This document shows, piece after piece, positions 1 through 12,038 of a stretch of DNA of 64,000 nucleotides. Position numbers and translations under genes: made by a program. The notes beneath the pieces were generated by a model. That model was not told the origin of the DNA, searched no databases, and worked only from the letters and a program-made list of their open reading frames with translations. The DNA lies in contig CAJINV010000013.1 in assembly GCA_905178155.1 (NCBI GenBank), forward strand, positions 1,988,281-2,052,280, written 5' to 3'. How positions within the stretch are numbered: position 1 is the stretch's first letter; each line of letters begins with the position of its first letter. Source of the DNA: Amoebophrya sp. A120. Taxonomy: Eukaryota; Protista; Dinoflagellata.

Positions 1-1
1 T

Positions 2-968
2 TGCACAACTGCTGATGGAGGAGCTGCTGCAGCAGGTGGACTAGAACCGGCCGCCGGGGCTAATAGCACGAGCAGCAGCTCCGCATTGAAGCTGTTCCTG
101 GAGATATGGAGAGAAAAAAGTTTGTCACAGTCAGTAAGTTGCAGGCTTTGCATTACAAATTTTTTTCGCATCACAGCTTCTCCTTGTATTGCAGAAACAC
201 TAGGGAAATTCCTTATGGAGTGTGGCTGTGATGCATTTTTACGCATGACAGACAATTTTGTCTTGCAAAAATGCCCATGAGTGATCGTGACGAACTTTTT
301 TCTTTTGATAGGAGATCTCCTCTTTCAAAGTGAACGACATTCTGCTGGACGATCACGCGTATCAAATGCAAAAATGTCTGGGCCTGGAAGAATGCAAGAC
401 TTGTCATGCAGATTTCTCATGACCCATGATGCCTGTAATGCTTGGCCTAGCATCGCAGACTTTTAGAGAGCTTCCTGCTGATGCACCTTCCGCATGAGAA
501 ATGGCCCGTCCGTGTAGCAAAAACTGCACCCCTCTTGCCGGTCATGCAATACAAATTTTTTTAGAGTCCAAAAACAGCACGACAAGTTGCAACGTTCCAG
601 ACCTAGACATTTTTGCAGTTGATAACGCGTGGCTGCGTCCCGTGTGGCGCCGGGTGTACCCAAAGATTGACGAGATGCTCCAGGGAATTGCGCAGACCGC
701 CGTGCAGAAATGGATCCAGGAAAACCAGAGTAAAGCAAGCATGATCAACGCTCTGATGCTATGCATTGCAACCGTCGTGTCTGCTGGGCTTTGGAGTAAA
801 TTTGTCATGCTGATGCTACTTACCAGTAATGAAGTACAAAGAAATACAAGAGTCTACCTTGATACAACGTGGGTAGCAAACGCTGTCAAATTTTGGTCAC
901 CCGAAGAGGACGGCGGGACCCCGATAAGTCATAGCAATGATAATTGCTATGACTGCCTGCGCAAATAA
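2..968 (+). CDS. 3' part of an unknown multi-exon gene entering from the left edge
   Basis: Frame 2 is open from base 2. Removing 105-315 and 360-629 gives ...ALKLFLE-ISSFKVNDILLDDHA-WLRPVWRRVYPKIDEMLQG. The stop is at 968, or 934 if the degenerate element at 760-864 is also removed. Confidence 0.7.
105..310. mobile_element. TAT..ATA introner-like TIR element, 206 bp
   Basis: DR ggaga at 100-104 and 311-315. TIR tatggagagaaaaaagtttgtcac vs tatcaaaagaaaaaagttcgtcac (reverse complement of the right end). Confidence 0.85.
360..624. mobile_element. Introner-like TIR element, family 1, 265 bp
   Basis: DR acgcg at 355-359 and 625-629. TIR tatcaaatgcaaaaatgtctgggcctggaa / ttccagacctagacatttttgcagttgata. 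In-frame stop inside; removal restores DDHA-WLRP. Confidence 0.95.
760..864. mobile_element. Possible degenerate introner
   Basis: Starts tatgcattgcaa, has ttgtcatgc about 43 nt in, ends ttgata. The DR is not conserved. Confidence 0.35.
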
Positions 969-2933
969 ACCCTCCGCTTTTCGATCTCGTGGGACATTAA
1001 CTTCATCTTCACTAACATGTAAGTGCACTATTCCAAAGAATGCAGGCATGTTTGCGATGCATAGATGAAATACCTGGGCAACTTCTGCACCTGCTGCGGG
1101 AAGGGTATGGTGGCGGAAAAACAAAGAGCCACACCATCACTGCTTTAGTTGCATCTACTAGACGAAAAAAAAAATGTGTGTCATTATCGTCGTCGTTGGT
1201 ATGAACAACTTGTAAGTTGAAATGAATGCAAGGATGAAGAAGGCTAGAACCACCCGGACGCGAAGTACTTCTAGTCCGTGTGAAGTTTTTTTCAGTCATC
1301 CAATCCATCGTCATGCTCATGCGAAAAGAGTCCCAGCCGAGGCAAAAGTAAGGCGGCCGATGCAAAAAGCTTCACAGTGATAGGCAGGTGAGGGTAGCTT
1401 GTTTTCCGTCCCATAAAATTGTAGACGAGACTGTGCGGGACAGGGCCACTGTACAAATGTACAACTCAGAGGAGTTTCTGTTTCTTTGAGGAGTTGCAAT
1501 GCATTCGATTTCGAAGAACCCTATGTACTAGAAGACTAGAACGCAGACGAGTTATTGAATCCATTCCGTAAAATTTTCCTGTTTGCCGAAAACGAAACTG
1601 AGTCATGAACATATTCCCATAACATTGCACGGCATTTTTGGTTATGAGTTTGCTTCTGGTGGTTGTATTGCAGCAACTATTTCTTACTTGATGTTTGCTA
1701 AGTTTAGTATGAGGCGAATAAGCAGTGGGGTGGCCACTCCTTCTTTTGAGCCGTTCTCGAAAATAAAGCATGTTAGGACACGTTGATTTCTAGAATATAG
1801 AAGTAGAAGCAGTGCTACTTGATGTTTCTTCTTGCCGACCCCGACGTCGTTCAAGAAAAGTCAGTTTCTGTTGTAGTTTCATCATACCTTCAATTACAGC
1901 CACAACTCCTGCGGCCACTATACGATGAACCGCGCCTTTCGGCATGCGAAACGCAAGAATTCTGATCCAAAAAAAATATCTGGACAAGATGACGGAAAAT
2001 TTGGTTTTATTTGCACGGTGACGAACACGAAAGTTCCCGAATAAAGCAATCGCGCCCGTCGTTGTTGAGCATCAACATAACTTTAGCTATCTTAGATATT
2101 GTATACGGCTGGGGTGCTATTTTTTCTTTCCGTCTCGGTGGTGAGAAGACGATGCCTTGCGTATCAGTCTGTTCGGTTGGAACTCGTGAACCAACAGACT
2201 TCGTAACTTGTCGGATTATTTGTATTGTTATCCTCCCTGATGTTGATCGGTGCTAGCTGCGGTGTCAAGGTTTGAGATTGTTGTGATTTCGTGCTCTAGT
2301 ATGGATTCCATTCCATTTCTTTGATTGAAGATAGACATAGATGTGCGGCATTTTCGTGATAATGCGTTAGTGGAATTTCGGAGAAGCGGCAGGCACCTTG
2401 CACTCCGCAAGAGCCTAGTCCTCAGTGTCGGTTCTGTTTTGCCATCAAAATTGTTGCGTCGGTTCGTTGTGACTTGAAGTTCAACCACCTCGGCTTCTTG
2501 CGCAACACCTCGTACCTGTTGTAGTCCAACATTCACAAAAAGCAGAAGTATTGGCTCAGCCTCATGTCTTGTCATCGGTTATTACAACTATCTATCAGGA
2601 AAGTAGACCACCTCGTGTTTGCATTCCCCCCTTTATTTTTGTACTTACTACGTTTTTTGATTTTGCAAATCCAAATACCACCTGAAGCTCGATTTTTATT
2701 TGAAGCAAAAGCCTTTTGTCATTGTGCGGGTGCGCCCGCCCTCCGAGTACGTAATTAAAAATGTATTGTTTGTCTCATTTTGTTTAAGTTTTTGTTTTAC
2801 ATCTGCTGCTGATAATGTGCTTGTGCATAACTGAAATCGTTTTTCCGAAGGAGCCTGAGGCTCCTTCCCCACTGGCTGCATCAATCTACACAACTGTCTA
2901 TTTCAGTTCACCAGAACTACCTCCGCACATTTT

Positions 2934-3986
2934 GTGCTTCGAGCACTAGCACAGGACATGATGTTGAACACGACAACGCTGGCCGTAAAAATTAGGCGCC
3001 GTAACATCAAGCCGAGCTTTCCGGGCATCGTGGCAAAGTTGGGCCTCGTCTTGCTGTTGACACAACAACAAGAGAACGTCCAGTACGTGAACGCAGTCGA
3101 CTTCGGTCAGTATACGGAGAAGGTGATAAGCGCGCTCTTCTACGGGTCGTCCTCCAGCAGCTCCACCAAAGTGCAGGAAGATAGTGAATTTTCTCATCAG
3201 GAACATGCTCATGTTGTTCCCGCTCCCGCAGCTGGTGTAGTTGAAGATGCTAGTGGTCCTGGTCCTCCCACTACTGGTACAAGAACCGCTACAAATAAAC
3301 AAGAATCCGCTCATCTTTCAGGCGGCTTCATCGATGGACCAACTGGGACCACTTCTGCGTCGACCACAAGTTCCAACGACGGCCGAGACACGTATGACTT
3401 CTTGGAAATAAAAAAAGAAAAAAAGCGCCGACGCCTGCGCGGATGTGCAACCTGTGGCGAACCTCCAGCTGAACAACAAAAAAGACCTCCGCCCGTCACA
3501 CAAAATAATGCCGGGGGCCCAGCAGGCGGAAGAACAAATGCCCTTACCAGCACTTTAAACACCGGAGGCACAGCGCCAACGCCAACGCCAACGCCAGCCA
3601 CAGATCGTGAACCAGCAACAGAGCTCGCTAGTCGTGGTCCTCCACTTGGACCAGCAAAAGTAGTACAACCAGCAGACGAGCTATTTTTAGCGTCCACCGC
3701 AGCAACAGCAGCCAGTCTATCCGAGGACAATATCCGATATTCAGTCACCAAAACCACAAGTCGTCTCGCTAGTGATCCTCAACTTGAACAACCAGCACAA
3801 GTACAACACCCAGCAGAAGTGCAACCAGCCGTGGACCCATTGGCGTCCTCCAACAGCGCAGCACCAGCAGCCACCGGCGCAGCACCATTCCAAGGATTAA
3901 TCGAACCAATACCAAGGGCGCCCGGTGATAGGCCAACGACACAGGGACCCCCTACGGTATTCAAGCCCCCACATCTTCAACAATAG
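2934..3986 (+). CDS. Unknown protein with an N-terminal hydrophobic segment and a Pro/Ala/Thr-rich body (putative secreted or surface protein)
   Basis: 350-aa ORF; hydrophobic GIVAKLGLVLLL near the N-terminus; low-complexity remainder. Confidence 0.65.
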   Translation: MLRALAQDMMLNTTTLAVKIRRRNIKPSFPGIVAKLGLVLLLTQQQENVQYVNAVDFGQYTEKVISALFYGSSSSSSTKVQEDSEFSHQEHAHVVPAPAAGVVEDASGPGPPTTGTRTATNKQESAHLSGGFIDGPTGTTSASTTSSNDGRDTYDFLEIKKEKKRRRLRGCATCGEPPAEQQKRPPPVTQNNAGGPAGGRTNALTSTLNTGGTAPTPTPTPATDREPATELASRGPPLGPAKVVQPADELFLASTAATAASLSEDNIRYSVTKTTSRLASDPQLEQPAQVQHPAEVQPAVDPLASSNSAAPAATGAAPFQGLIEPIPRAPGDRPTTQGPPTVFKPPHLQQ

Positions 3987-4878
3987 AGTGACCACCTCGG
4001 GCAGTGACTTTGAGAGGGATCTCGCCTCGTGGGCGTGGCGTCTTCTCAGGTACAATTATAAGTATCCAAAGCAGCTAGACTCTAGCTGCTTTGGCTCCTC
4101 TAGTAGAGGAGCCAAATGCAAATACAACTTCCCAATATTTCTAGTGCGTGAGAGAATGGAAAGGCAACCACTCAACAGTATCGCCGCGTACCCATCAGAA
4201 CATCAGATGACATCAACCGGAGAAAAAATCGACGCGCTTTTCATTTGAAAGCCACACTACCGGATGACTAACACACATCTAAACAGAATCAGAAACGTCT
4301 ACACGATGAAAATAAAACCACCCGCGCACTTTTTCCCTTGTTATTGAGTAGTGCCCGTTTGCTCTGTCGTGTTTGTTAGTGTCCTCCCCGCCCTTGCAGG
4401 GAAGGGGGGCTACCAGCAGGTAGTCAATTGTTCGGCTGCGAACTACATCATAGCACAGACTTCGGACACAGAAAGTCTGTCAGTCTTGCTAACGAACAGC
4501 CCGCCCTTGCGGGGAAGGGAAGCTATCGGATGCTAGTTAATTAGAACAAAACGCCTCGCCCTTGTAGGGAGGGGCGCCTAGCACGAGCTCGCAGCTGGTG
4601 TCGAGTAGGCCAATTTCCCAACGACCCTTCTGTGCTATGATTGCAATACAAGAAAAAAAAATGGCTGTCGAATCTGGAGCGAGTGCTGAATTGTCGCCCT
4701 GCATCGTGGCACGCCCTCGGGTCATTAGAACTTCCACGGCTGCAGTGTAGAGCTCCTCGCTGTTCGCTGGATAAGCGGCTGCTCCAGTTGGGCCCCCTGG
4801 CACCCTAATCCTACTGCGGCCGCGCCCCCGCCTGCTGCGCGCAGTCAGGGTCGCAGAGAATCGGCTTAATGCCCACTC

Positions 4879-5012
4879 GTTGCTATGCGTACTATGCGTG
4901 CTATGCTTGCTATGTTTGCTGTGTCGGGGGTGCCACAGCACACATAGCACACAATTTTGGCCCGCGCACGGTGCTGTGCGTGCTATGCGTGCTGTGCGTG
5001 CTATGCGTGCTA
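4879..5012. repeat. 9-bp minisatellite (gtgctatgc/gtgctgtgc) in two blocks
   Basis: Tandem units visible at about 4879-4925 and 4971-5012. Confidence 0.85.
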
Positions 5013-6217
5013 TCGTTGCTGTGGGCCGCTCGGTAATGCGACCACAGCAACGAGTGGCTCGGCCCTGCACCCCCCAGCAACGGCTCCAGGGAATGCCGCC
5101 GGAGCGCTGGGCCAAGTGCGAATGGTGTGGCGCGGGCCGCCGCAACGCGGCCGCCAACGGAAATTCCTAGCGCGCCTGCCTCAGGTGGTGGGCGGCTTTG
5201 CTTCTGGTTACCATCCGAATCGCCCGGCACAATCTGCGCCGGCTCTTTTTTCTTTTTGTGAATGCGATCATAGTGATTTAGGGTCGTTGGGAATTGACCT
5301 ACATAACTGGTGCAAAAGTCTCTTCGCATAGCCGACCACGTAGCGGAAGACATTGAGCGAGACGCAGCCTGCTTCCCGCAGGGAGCTAGACACACCGGCC
5401 CCGGCTTCCTGGGTGCGGGTCTCAACGCAGTTAGGTTGGCCAGCAGCTAGCTAGCTACCGCGCGCGCCCCTCAGCGCTCGCAAGCACCAGGCGCAACGGC
5501 GCAACCCTGAGGCGGAGGTGGCGCGTCAGAGCACGCGGCCTCTGCAGCAATAGGGACGCACGCCAAGCGCAGGCGCTGACGGCACGAAGGGCCGCGACTG
5601 CCGAGAACCAACAAGAGGAAGCCGGGAGCTGCCCCAGTTCTTCGCCCGCGTGGCAGGACTGCTGTGTGTGGTGGCACCGGCTTCGCCGGGGACCCGTTAT
5701 CTTTAGTAGCTTGTCTTCCCTCTGTCTTTCGAATCGCGCGGGCCTTGTGAGGAATGCGACCGAGCCCAGACGGGAGAGCATTGCGGCGCCCCTCCTCTTC
5801 TGTCTAAGAAGCTGGGCAGACGAGGAGGGCGCAAAGCATCCGCGGAAGCGCAGGATGCCCCCCGACCGCATCACCTACAGGCTAGTAGCTTGTGACCGAT
5901 GTGCGCCGGCACTTCGCGGCAGAATCGAGCAACACGGCGCCAGCAGCGAGAATCGCCTTGATGTGGCCGTCAGGAACAAGGAATAGAGATTGCCGGAGCG
6001 TTTAAGTACGCCCGCCCCCCTAGGGGTCGCATAGGCTCCTCCCGGCTCCGATGTTCACCTCTTGTGCTGTTCGCCGGGCCTAGCCAGCCCCATGGCGAAC
6101 GCAGAGGGTAGCTTCACACCCTTGCTCGTCCGTACAAATCGTTTGGGTGGATCGCTTTCCCGGTGTCACGATCAAAAATCGAGCGGCACGTCCCCCAGAC
6201 ACAGGGCAAAGTGCGTC

Positions 6218-6250
6218 TGTATGTATGTATGTATGTCTGTATGTATGTGT
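6218..6250. repeat. (TGTA)n microsatellite
   Basis: tgtatgtatgtatgtctgtatgtatgtgt. Confidence 0.85.
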
Positions 6251-6409
6251 TTGTTAGTGTGTGCCCCTGAAACCATGGATCGGAGGTTAGTGCAATAGAT
6301 TGACTTGGTTTGATGCCTCGGTCGTGGTCGTGCGTGAAAATTTTCCGACATCGGTCACGGTCGTGAGCAATGAACATTTCGATGGTCTTGGGCTCAATTG
6401 CGGTCATGC

Positions 6410-8780
6410 GTTTTATGTTATCAACACCAACCTAGAAAAATAGAAAAGCCTTGGGAGCTGACAAAATTCATTCCGACGAAAAAATCCGACACATCAAAAT
6501 TAATGATTTCGCTATCGTTTTGATTTTCTATATTTTCAATTTTTGGTGTTGAGCGAATGACATATTGATGAGAAGAATGATGATAGACAATCTATCTTAG
6601 ATTTTCTCGGATCCATATCCATCCTAAGAGATAATTTAAATTATCATATGTAGTTGCAGCAGACAGTAAGCTTTCAAACAAAACTTCTACAACTTTTTAG
6701 CAAAACACTTCTCGAACCTTTTCACTTTTACAGACTTGTAACTCTCGACAACAAGGACTTCACTTTCAGGAAAATCTTTTCACTTTCTCAACTTTCGTAG
6801 GTACACCTAGACACTTTTCTTTATCTATGTTTTTCAGCAGCGAGCTCCCACTCCCAGCAGCAGTTCTTTTTTCTAAGGCAGAGGCCAAAGCTGCTCTGCC
6901 AAAAGGTCTTTTTTCTTGAAATAGCGCTAATCATGTGAGAGGAAAAGACAAATTCCAAACGGTTCCACATGACCTTCACCAACAAACAACAAAATTATCA
7001 TATCTATACATGACAAGAAAACAAGAAAATCGATGATGATATGATTTATGAAGATCACGGGTTTTTTCTTGAAATAGCGTTAGAGGAAAAAAGGTGTGTA
7101 AACGCGTTCCCACCTTCATGCATGAACACAAACAACAAACAAGATTTCGGATTTCATATGATAAAATCCAATTCGAAAGAATCTGGAAAATTGATTTTCT
7201 TCTTCGTGTTTCTTTTCTGGATATTCTGAAAAATAAAGAAAATATCCCAAATATGGTTCATATTCTATTATTGGAATCCAGGAATCATCGGAATGTAGGA
7301 TCTGGATTTTTCGTCGATGGCTTCTTGATTTTTTTTTTTGTGAAGATTTATGGTGTAGTCTTGAAAAAAATTTCAGAAATTTTGTATTTTGGAAAATCTT
7401 TCGAGACTTTTTAGAATATTGGAATTTTATGGATTTTGTAATTTTCAAAATGAATCAATATAAATAATATGAAATCCATTGAATTCCAAGATATCCATTG
7501 ACTTTAAAATTTTAGAAAATTTTTGAAAATTTTCCATTTTGATAATTCAGAATCTTAATTTTCATGTTGCTAATTCGGAATCTTATTTATCAATCACATT
7601 TCAAGATTTTTCATATTTTTTTTTTCTTTTATTTTTTTGAAAGGAAGAGGATATCCCAACTTCCATAATCAACATAAATCATATGATATCCATTGATTTC
7701 CAAAATATCCAATGATTCCTGGAATTTTATTTTTTCTTTCTTTCTTTCTTGTCATGTCTGGGTATGACTCAATTTGTCGTTTTAATCCCATCCGAGATTG
7801 TCTCTCTTTCATCTTTCTCATCGTCTTGTAATTCTCTCAAAAGATAAAGTAAATTCTAAACAAAGATAAAGAGATAATAATTTGATATTCGAAGAGTAAA
7901 GAGATAGGAAATTGATATTCGACAAGGAAAGGTAGGATTTCAAATTCTAGTTCGAGAATCAAAAATTTTTAAAGACATTGAAAATTTTTAAAGACATTGA
8001 AAATTTTTAAAGACATTAAAATTAAAAATAAAAGGTGTTCAATCTTGTTTACAATTGGTTAAAAGAGAAAAAGAATAATAAATCCACTTTGAGATTTCTA
8101 TTTTCACAAAAATCCAATTTTATTTTTTCTTTAGAATCAAAAAAAAATCATTGATTCAATTCCGAATCTCAGATCGATTTCGATGCATTTTTTTCAATGA
8201 CATCAAGAAACATTATATGAACCAAGAAAGACAATCTCGGACCGGGCCTATGAGACAATTTGAATCATGCCCAGACATAAAAAAAAACCAAGATCTATAT
8301 CTTTCTGGATCGAATCATAGATTTTCTTTTTGAAATTTCCTTCCAGAATCCTGACATGCATGGAGAAATTTTTAAAAATATTATGACTACGACAATCAAT
8401 AATCCAGATCGATTGACAGAATCACCGAGAACAAATCGAGAACCACCACCACGATGATGAAAAGAAAAATCATCTCGGACCGGACCATCCAACGACAAAC
8501 TTGAATCAACATACCCAAAGAAAGAAAAGAAGAAATCCATCGAGAGAATCTGATGAAAAAGATTTCATTGAATGCAGAAAAATTCATCATAGATCAATAT
8601 CGTGGCTGAGCGGTTTTGTTTTCATTTTATACTGTTCTCGTCGTGTAGTCTTTCGTTTTCTTTCTTTCTCCTTCGATTTCGAGGAGGTAGGAGTTTAAAA
8701 ATACAGATCATGTCGAGGACAAAAAAGATCGTTTTTTTTTTTCGAAAAGTGTTCATCTTTCTTCTCGTTCTTTTCATGTC
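6410..8780. repeat. AT-rich non-coding island with internal inverted and tandem repeats
   Basis: Sharp drop in GC. Inverted arms at about 7754-7808 and 8224-8278. 20-bp tandem aaagacattgaaaattttta repeated about 3 times at 7961-8020. Confidence 0.7.
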
Positions 8781-9150
8781 GTGGGTGTCGTGGTCGTCTT
8801 GCTACTACTAAAGGGTCGCCAAAATTTGATCTTGCCCGCCCCGCTGGTGTTGAGTAGACTCCCCGCCCCATCGATTCCGCTGTTGTCCGCGCTCAGGCCC
8901 TTCGGGCCAGTATCCGTTATTTGCGATGTTGTTTCCAGCCGCTCGTCCGGCGGGACCGGATGTTGTTGTAAGTTTCTATCCCGTATCACGTGCAAAAGCA
9001 GAGTCGTGCGGGCAAGCGGATGCAGGAAAACAAGAAGTGCGCAAAGTACTGAGATGCCTAGGCCTTGTTGATATTAGCCTTCCTTTCTTTACAAGTGGGA
9101 GCCCAGCATTTACCTATCACGAATCACTGTTTTCACTCAATGTGGCCTCT

Positions 9151-12038
9151 ATATAACTTCGCCTTCACTGCGCAATTCACCCATAGGATGAAGGCGCGCG
9201 CAACTGAACAGAAGCGCAAGTGTTGTTGAGACAGAGCGCGCCTCAGACCGAATCGCACGACGCCCTGCGACGGTCACACTGGCAGCAAACAGAAAACCCG
9301 GCCGGCACAGCAAGCTACAGGGAGCAAGCCACGCAAGCCAGGCTCTCGAACCCCACAGAGCCACGTCCCGGACGTAGAGGTGGGCCAAGCCGTGGGACAC
9401 GACATGGGCCGCCGGACGCGTGGCTTGCGGGGGGTGCCGCAGGGTACCTTGCAACCAAGTCAAAGACGGGCGGGTGGGTGGGAGAAAAAACGCCAAGCCG
9501 AGGCAAGCCAAGGCGAGGTGAAGATTCAGGATAGAGGACAAAGACCCAGCCGAAGCTGGTCGGCGACGGGCAGCCAGCCCGCCGCCGAAGTGTGCAACCC
9601 TCTTGCTTGCTCTCTCAGGCGAAGGCGAACTGATATAAACGCTACGCGTGACATATAACTTCGCCTTCACTGCGCAATTCACCCATAGGATGAAGGCGCG
9701 CGCAACTGAACAGAAGCGCAAGTGTTGTTGAGACAGAGCGCGCCTCAGACCGAATCGCACGACGCCCTGCGACGGTCACACTGGCAGCAAACAGAAAACC
9801 CGGCCGGCACAGCAAGCTACAGGGAGCAAGCCACGCAAGCCAGGCTCTCGAACCCCACAGAGCCACGTCCCGGACGTAGAGGAGGGCCAAGCCGTGGGAC
9901 ACGACATGGGCCGCCGGACGCGTTCCCCAGATGTGACTAAATGCCGGGGCGGCCCGGAGCTGTCGGGGACAGAGAGCCGGGCGCGCGGGGCTGCGGAGCT
10001 AGGTAGCGAAATCGTGGAACAGTGCCGGCGCGTAATCCCTGCAGCGAAGTGAGGGGACCGGGCGAAGCTGTGGGGGTTTGCTCCCAGGTGTGTCTAGTGA
10101 ATGTCTGCCCGGGAAAGTTCCACGGGCTTGTTACCAGGCGAAGACAGCGCAAAGCGCGGCGGCGTGATGCTTCAGCCCGAAGCATCCAGGATTTTGTTTC
10201 ATCAGATCGGCAAAGCGCTCCCAGGCACGCTGGATGAATCGAACAACTACAGAGAAGTCCGAAACAGGAGAAGAAGCAATCAAGACTGCGCGAAGACGGA
10301 CAGCTGATTACCCCTCGCCCCCACACCAACCGCTGAACCCCTTCGACTGTGCTCACTGCCTTAACAATGAACACCGGCGGACCGACGCCGAGGAGCGAAG
10401 GACGGAGTTGCAATGCCGGTAGGCAACGCAACTCAGCTCTCCTTCCGAGTCAGCACTCCTGATACCCCTGCGCGAGAGGTCTGGGCACGTCGTGATGACA
10501 CAACCAAACGTCAACGCAAAAGCTGCAACGAGGAAGTCGCGAACCGCGAACGGGCGCAACAACGACGTCGCGAACGCACGACCCCACCCCAACACCCGCA
10601 GGCGGCTTCATCGAAGTCACACACGCGGACGGAGGAGCACCTATATCAACCGGCGCCCCCGGTATGCGACCCACTGTCTACAGACCGCCGCCACCTGCGG
10701 GACTGTGGGGTTGCGCGTCCAGGGTGCTGGGCGATGTGGTGTGGGTGCCGGCCATCTGTGTTGATGTGCTGTGTTGTTCGCGAACCCATCGGGCACGCGG
10801 GTGTCTTTGTATTTGTCAGCCCATCGGGCCGCCCCTGCGAACGGCAGGGGCGAAAAGGTGGGCGCGGGGGTGCCCTGTGGTGCGGCCGTTTGTTGCTTGC
10901 CGTTTTTTTTTTTTTATACTAGAACAACTATAAACCATAATAAAAGAGTCGAAGATCAGCCCTGTTTGTAGCTTGCCGTTTGTAGTTGGTGAGGCGCTGT
11001 GTAGTTCGCTCCGGCTTATGATCACTGTAGTGCGATCTTATACCGGCTAACGCCAATGTTAGACTGGGCCCGGCCCATGGCAATTGCCAAGGGCCTTGCG
11101 GGCAATGCCCTAGGAAGCCAGTAGCGTCGTGCGTTTCTGATTTCTGTCAGCGTGAAACGCAGTGCCCCCGCTCTCGCGGTTTCACCGCTGACAGGCGAGT
11201 GGCCCACCACTGCTGCTCCTCTGCTGCGTCGCAGCTCACATCGGAGAGCAGAATCATGAGACACCCGCGGCACGCAGAGCGGCAGGCCGCAGCAAGGGCT
11301 GCGCTGTTTACCGTTGCGTGTTGCCGAAAGCGCCCTCAGCCAAAGGCCGAGATGACGCCGGACATGTGCCCTGGACGGCGTGAAGAACCACGCTGCCACA
11401 TCGTGGCCAGCCCGATCCTTCCTACGCTCCCCCACCAGTGGCGCCCGCGAGAACCGCGAACGTGTCATCGACATGTGCGTAAGTACCACTGCAGGAGAAT
11501 AGCCTGGAAGATAGTTGAAGAACGCAACATCTCTGCACTGCGAGATGTGCGCAACAGCCCTTCCCACCGGGACATCATCCCCTGTCAGGATAATGCCTCG
11601 GCGCTCGGCAGGGCCGAGCTACGTGCACACGGCAAAGCGCACGCCGTTTGTTCTGACCTGCCCATGGCTCGGACAGCTCAATGGCAACGGAACCACCGGA
11701 GCTCTTTCCCTGCCGCACACTGCATTGATCCACGCTAAGGATTGGCAGTGCCGGAAACGACAAGGCGGAACTGCCAAGCAGAACCAGAGCGAAGGCCTGA
11801 GGCGTACAAGTACGCCTCGCTTTCTCATCGAGACACTCCTCCGTCAAATATCCACCCTCCGAGAACCGAAGGGCCGAAAAAACGCCAAGCCGAGGCAAGC
11901 CAAGGCGAGGTGAAGATTCAGGATAGAGGACAAAGACCCAGCCGAAGCTGGTCGGCGACGGGCAGCCAGCCCGCCGCCGAAGTGTGCAACCCTCTTGCTT
12001 GCTCAGGCGAACTGATATAAACGCTACGCGTGACATAT
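9151..12038 (+). mobile_element. Split-direct-repeat (A-B-A...B) element of the tyrosine-recombinase retrotransposon type, coding region decayed
   Basis: A1 9151-9421 = A2 9653-9923; B1 9484-9656 ~ B2 11876-12038. The internal B1/A2 junction equals the two element ends joined at ATAT. Confidence 0.85.

Larger units (their letters stand above)
4380..6300 (+). mobile_element. GC-rich decayed repeat or retroelement relic
   Basis: Three copies of a cgcccttgyrgggarggg hairpin (about 4386, 4500, 4555), GC shift, broken ORFs, weak RNase H-like tail (IEQHGASSENRLDVA). Confidence 0.35.

Noticed and set aside
9151-9923. Simple tandem duplication or LTR pair
   Set aside because: The B segment recurs at 11876-12038, giving split direct repeats; no TG..CA ends or primer-binding site seen.
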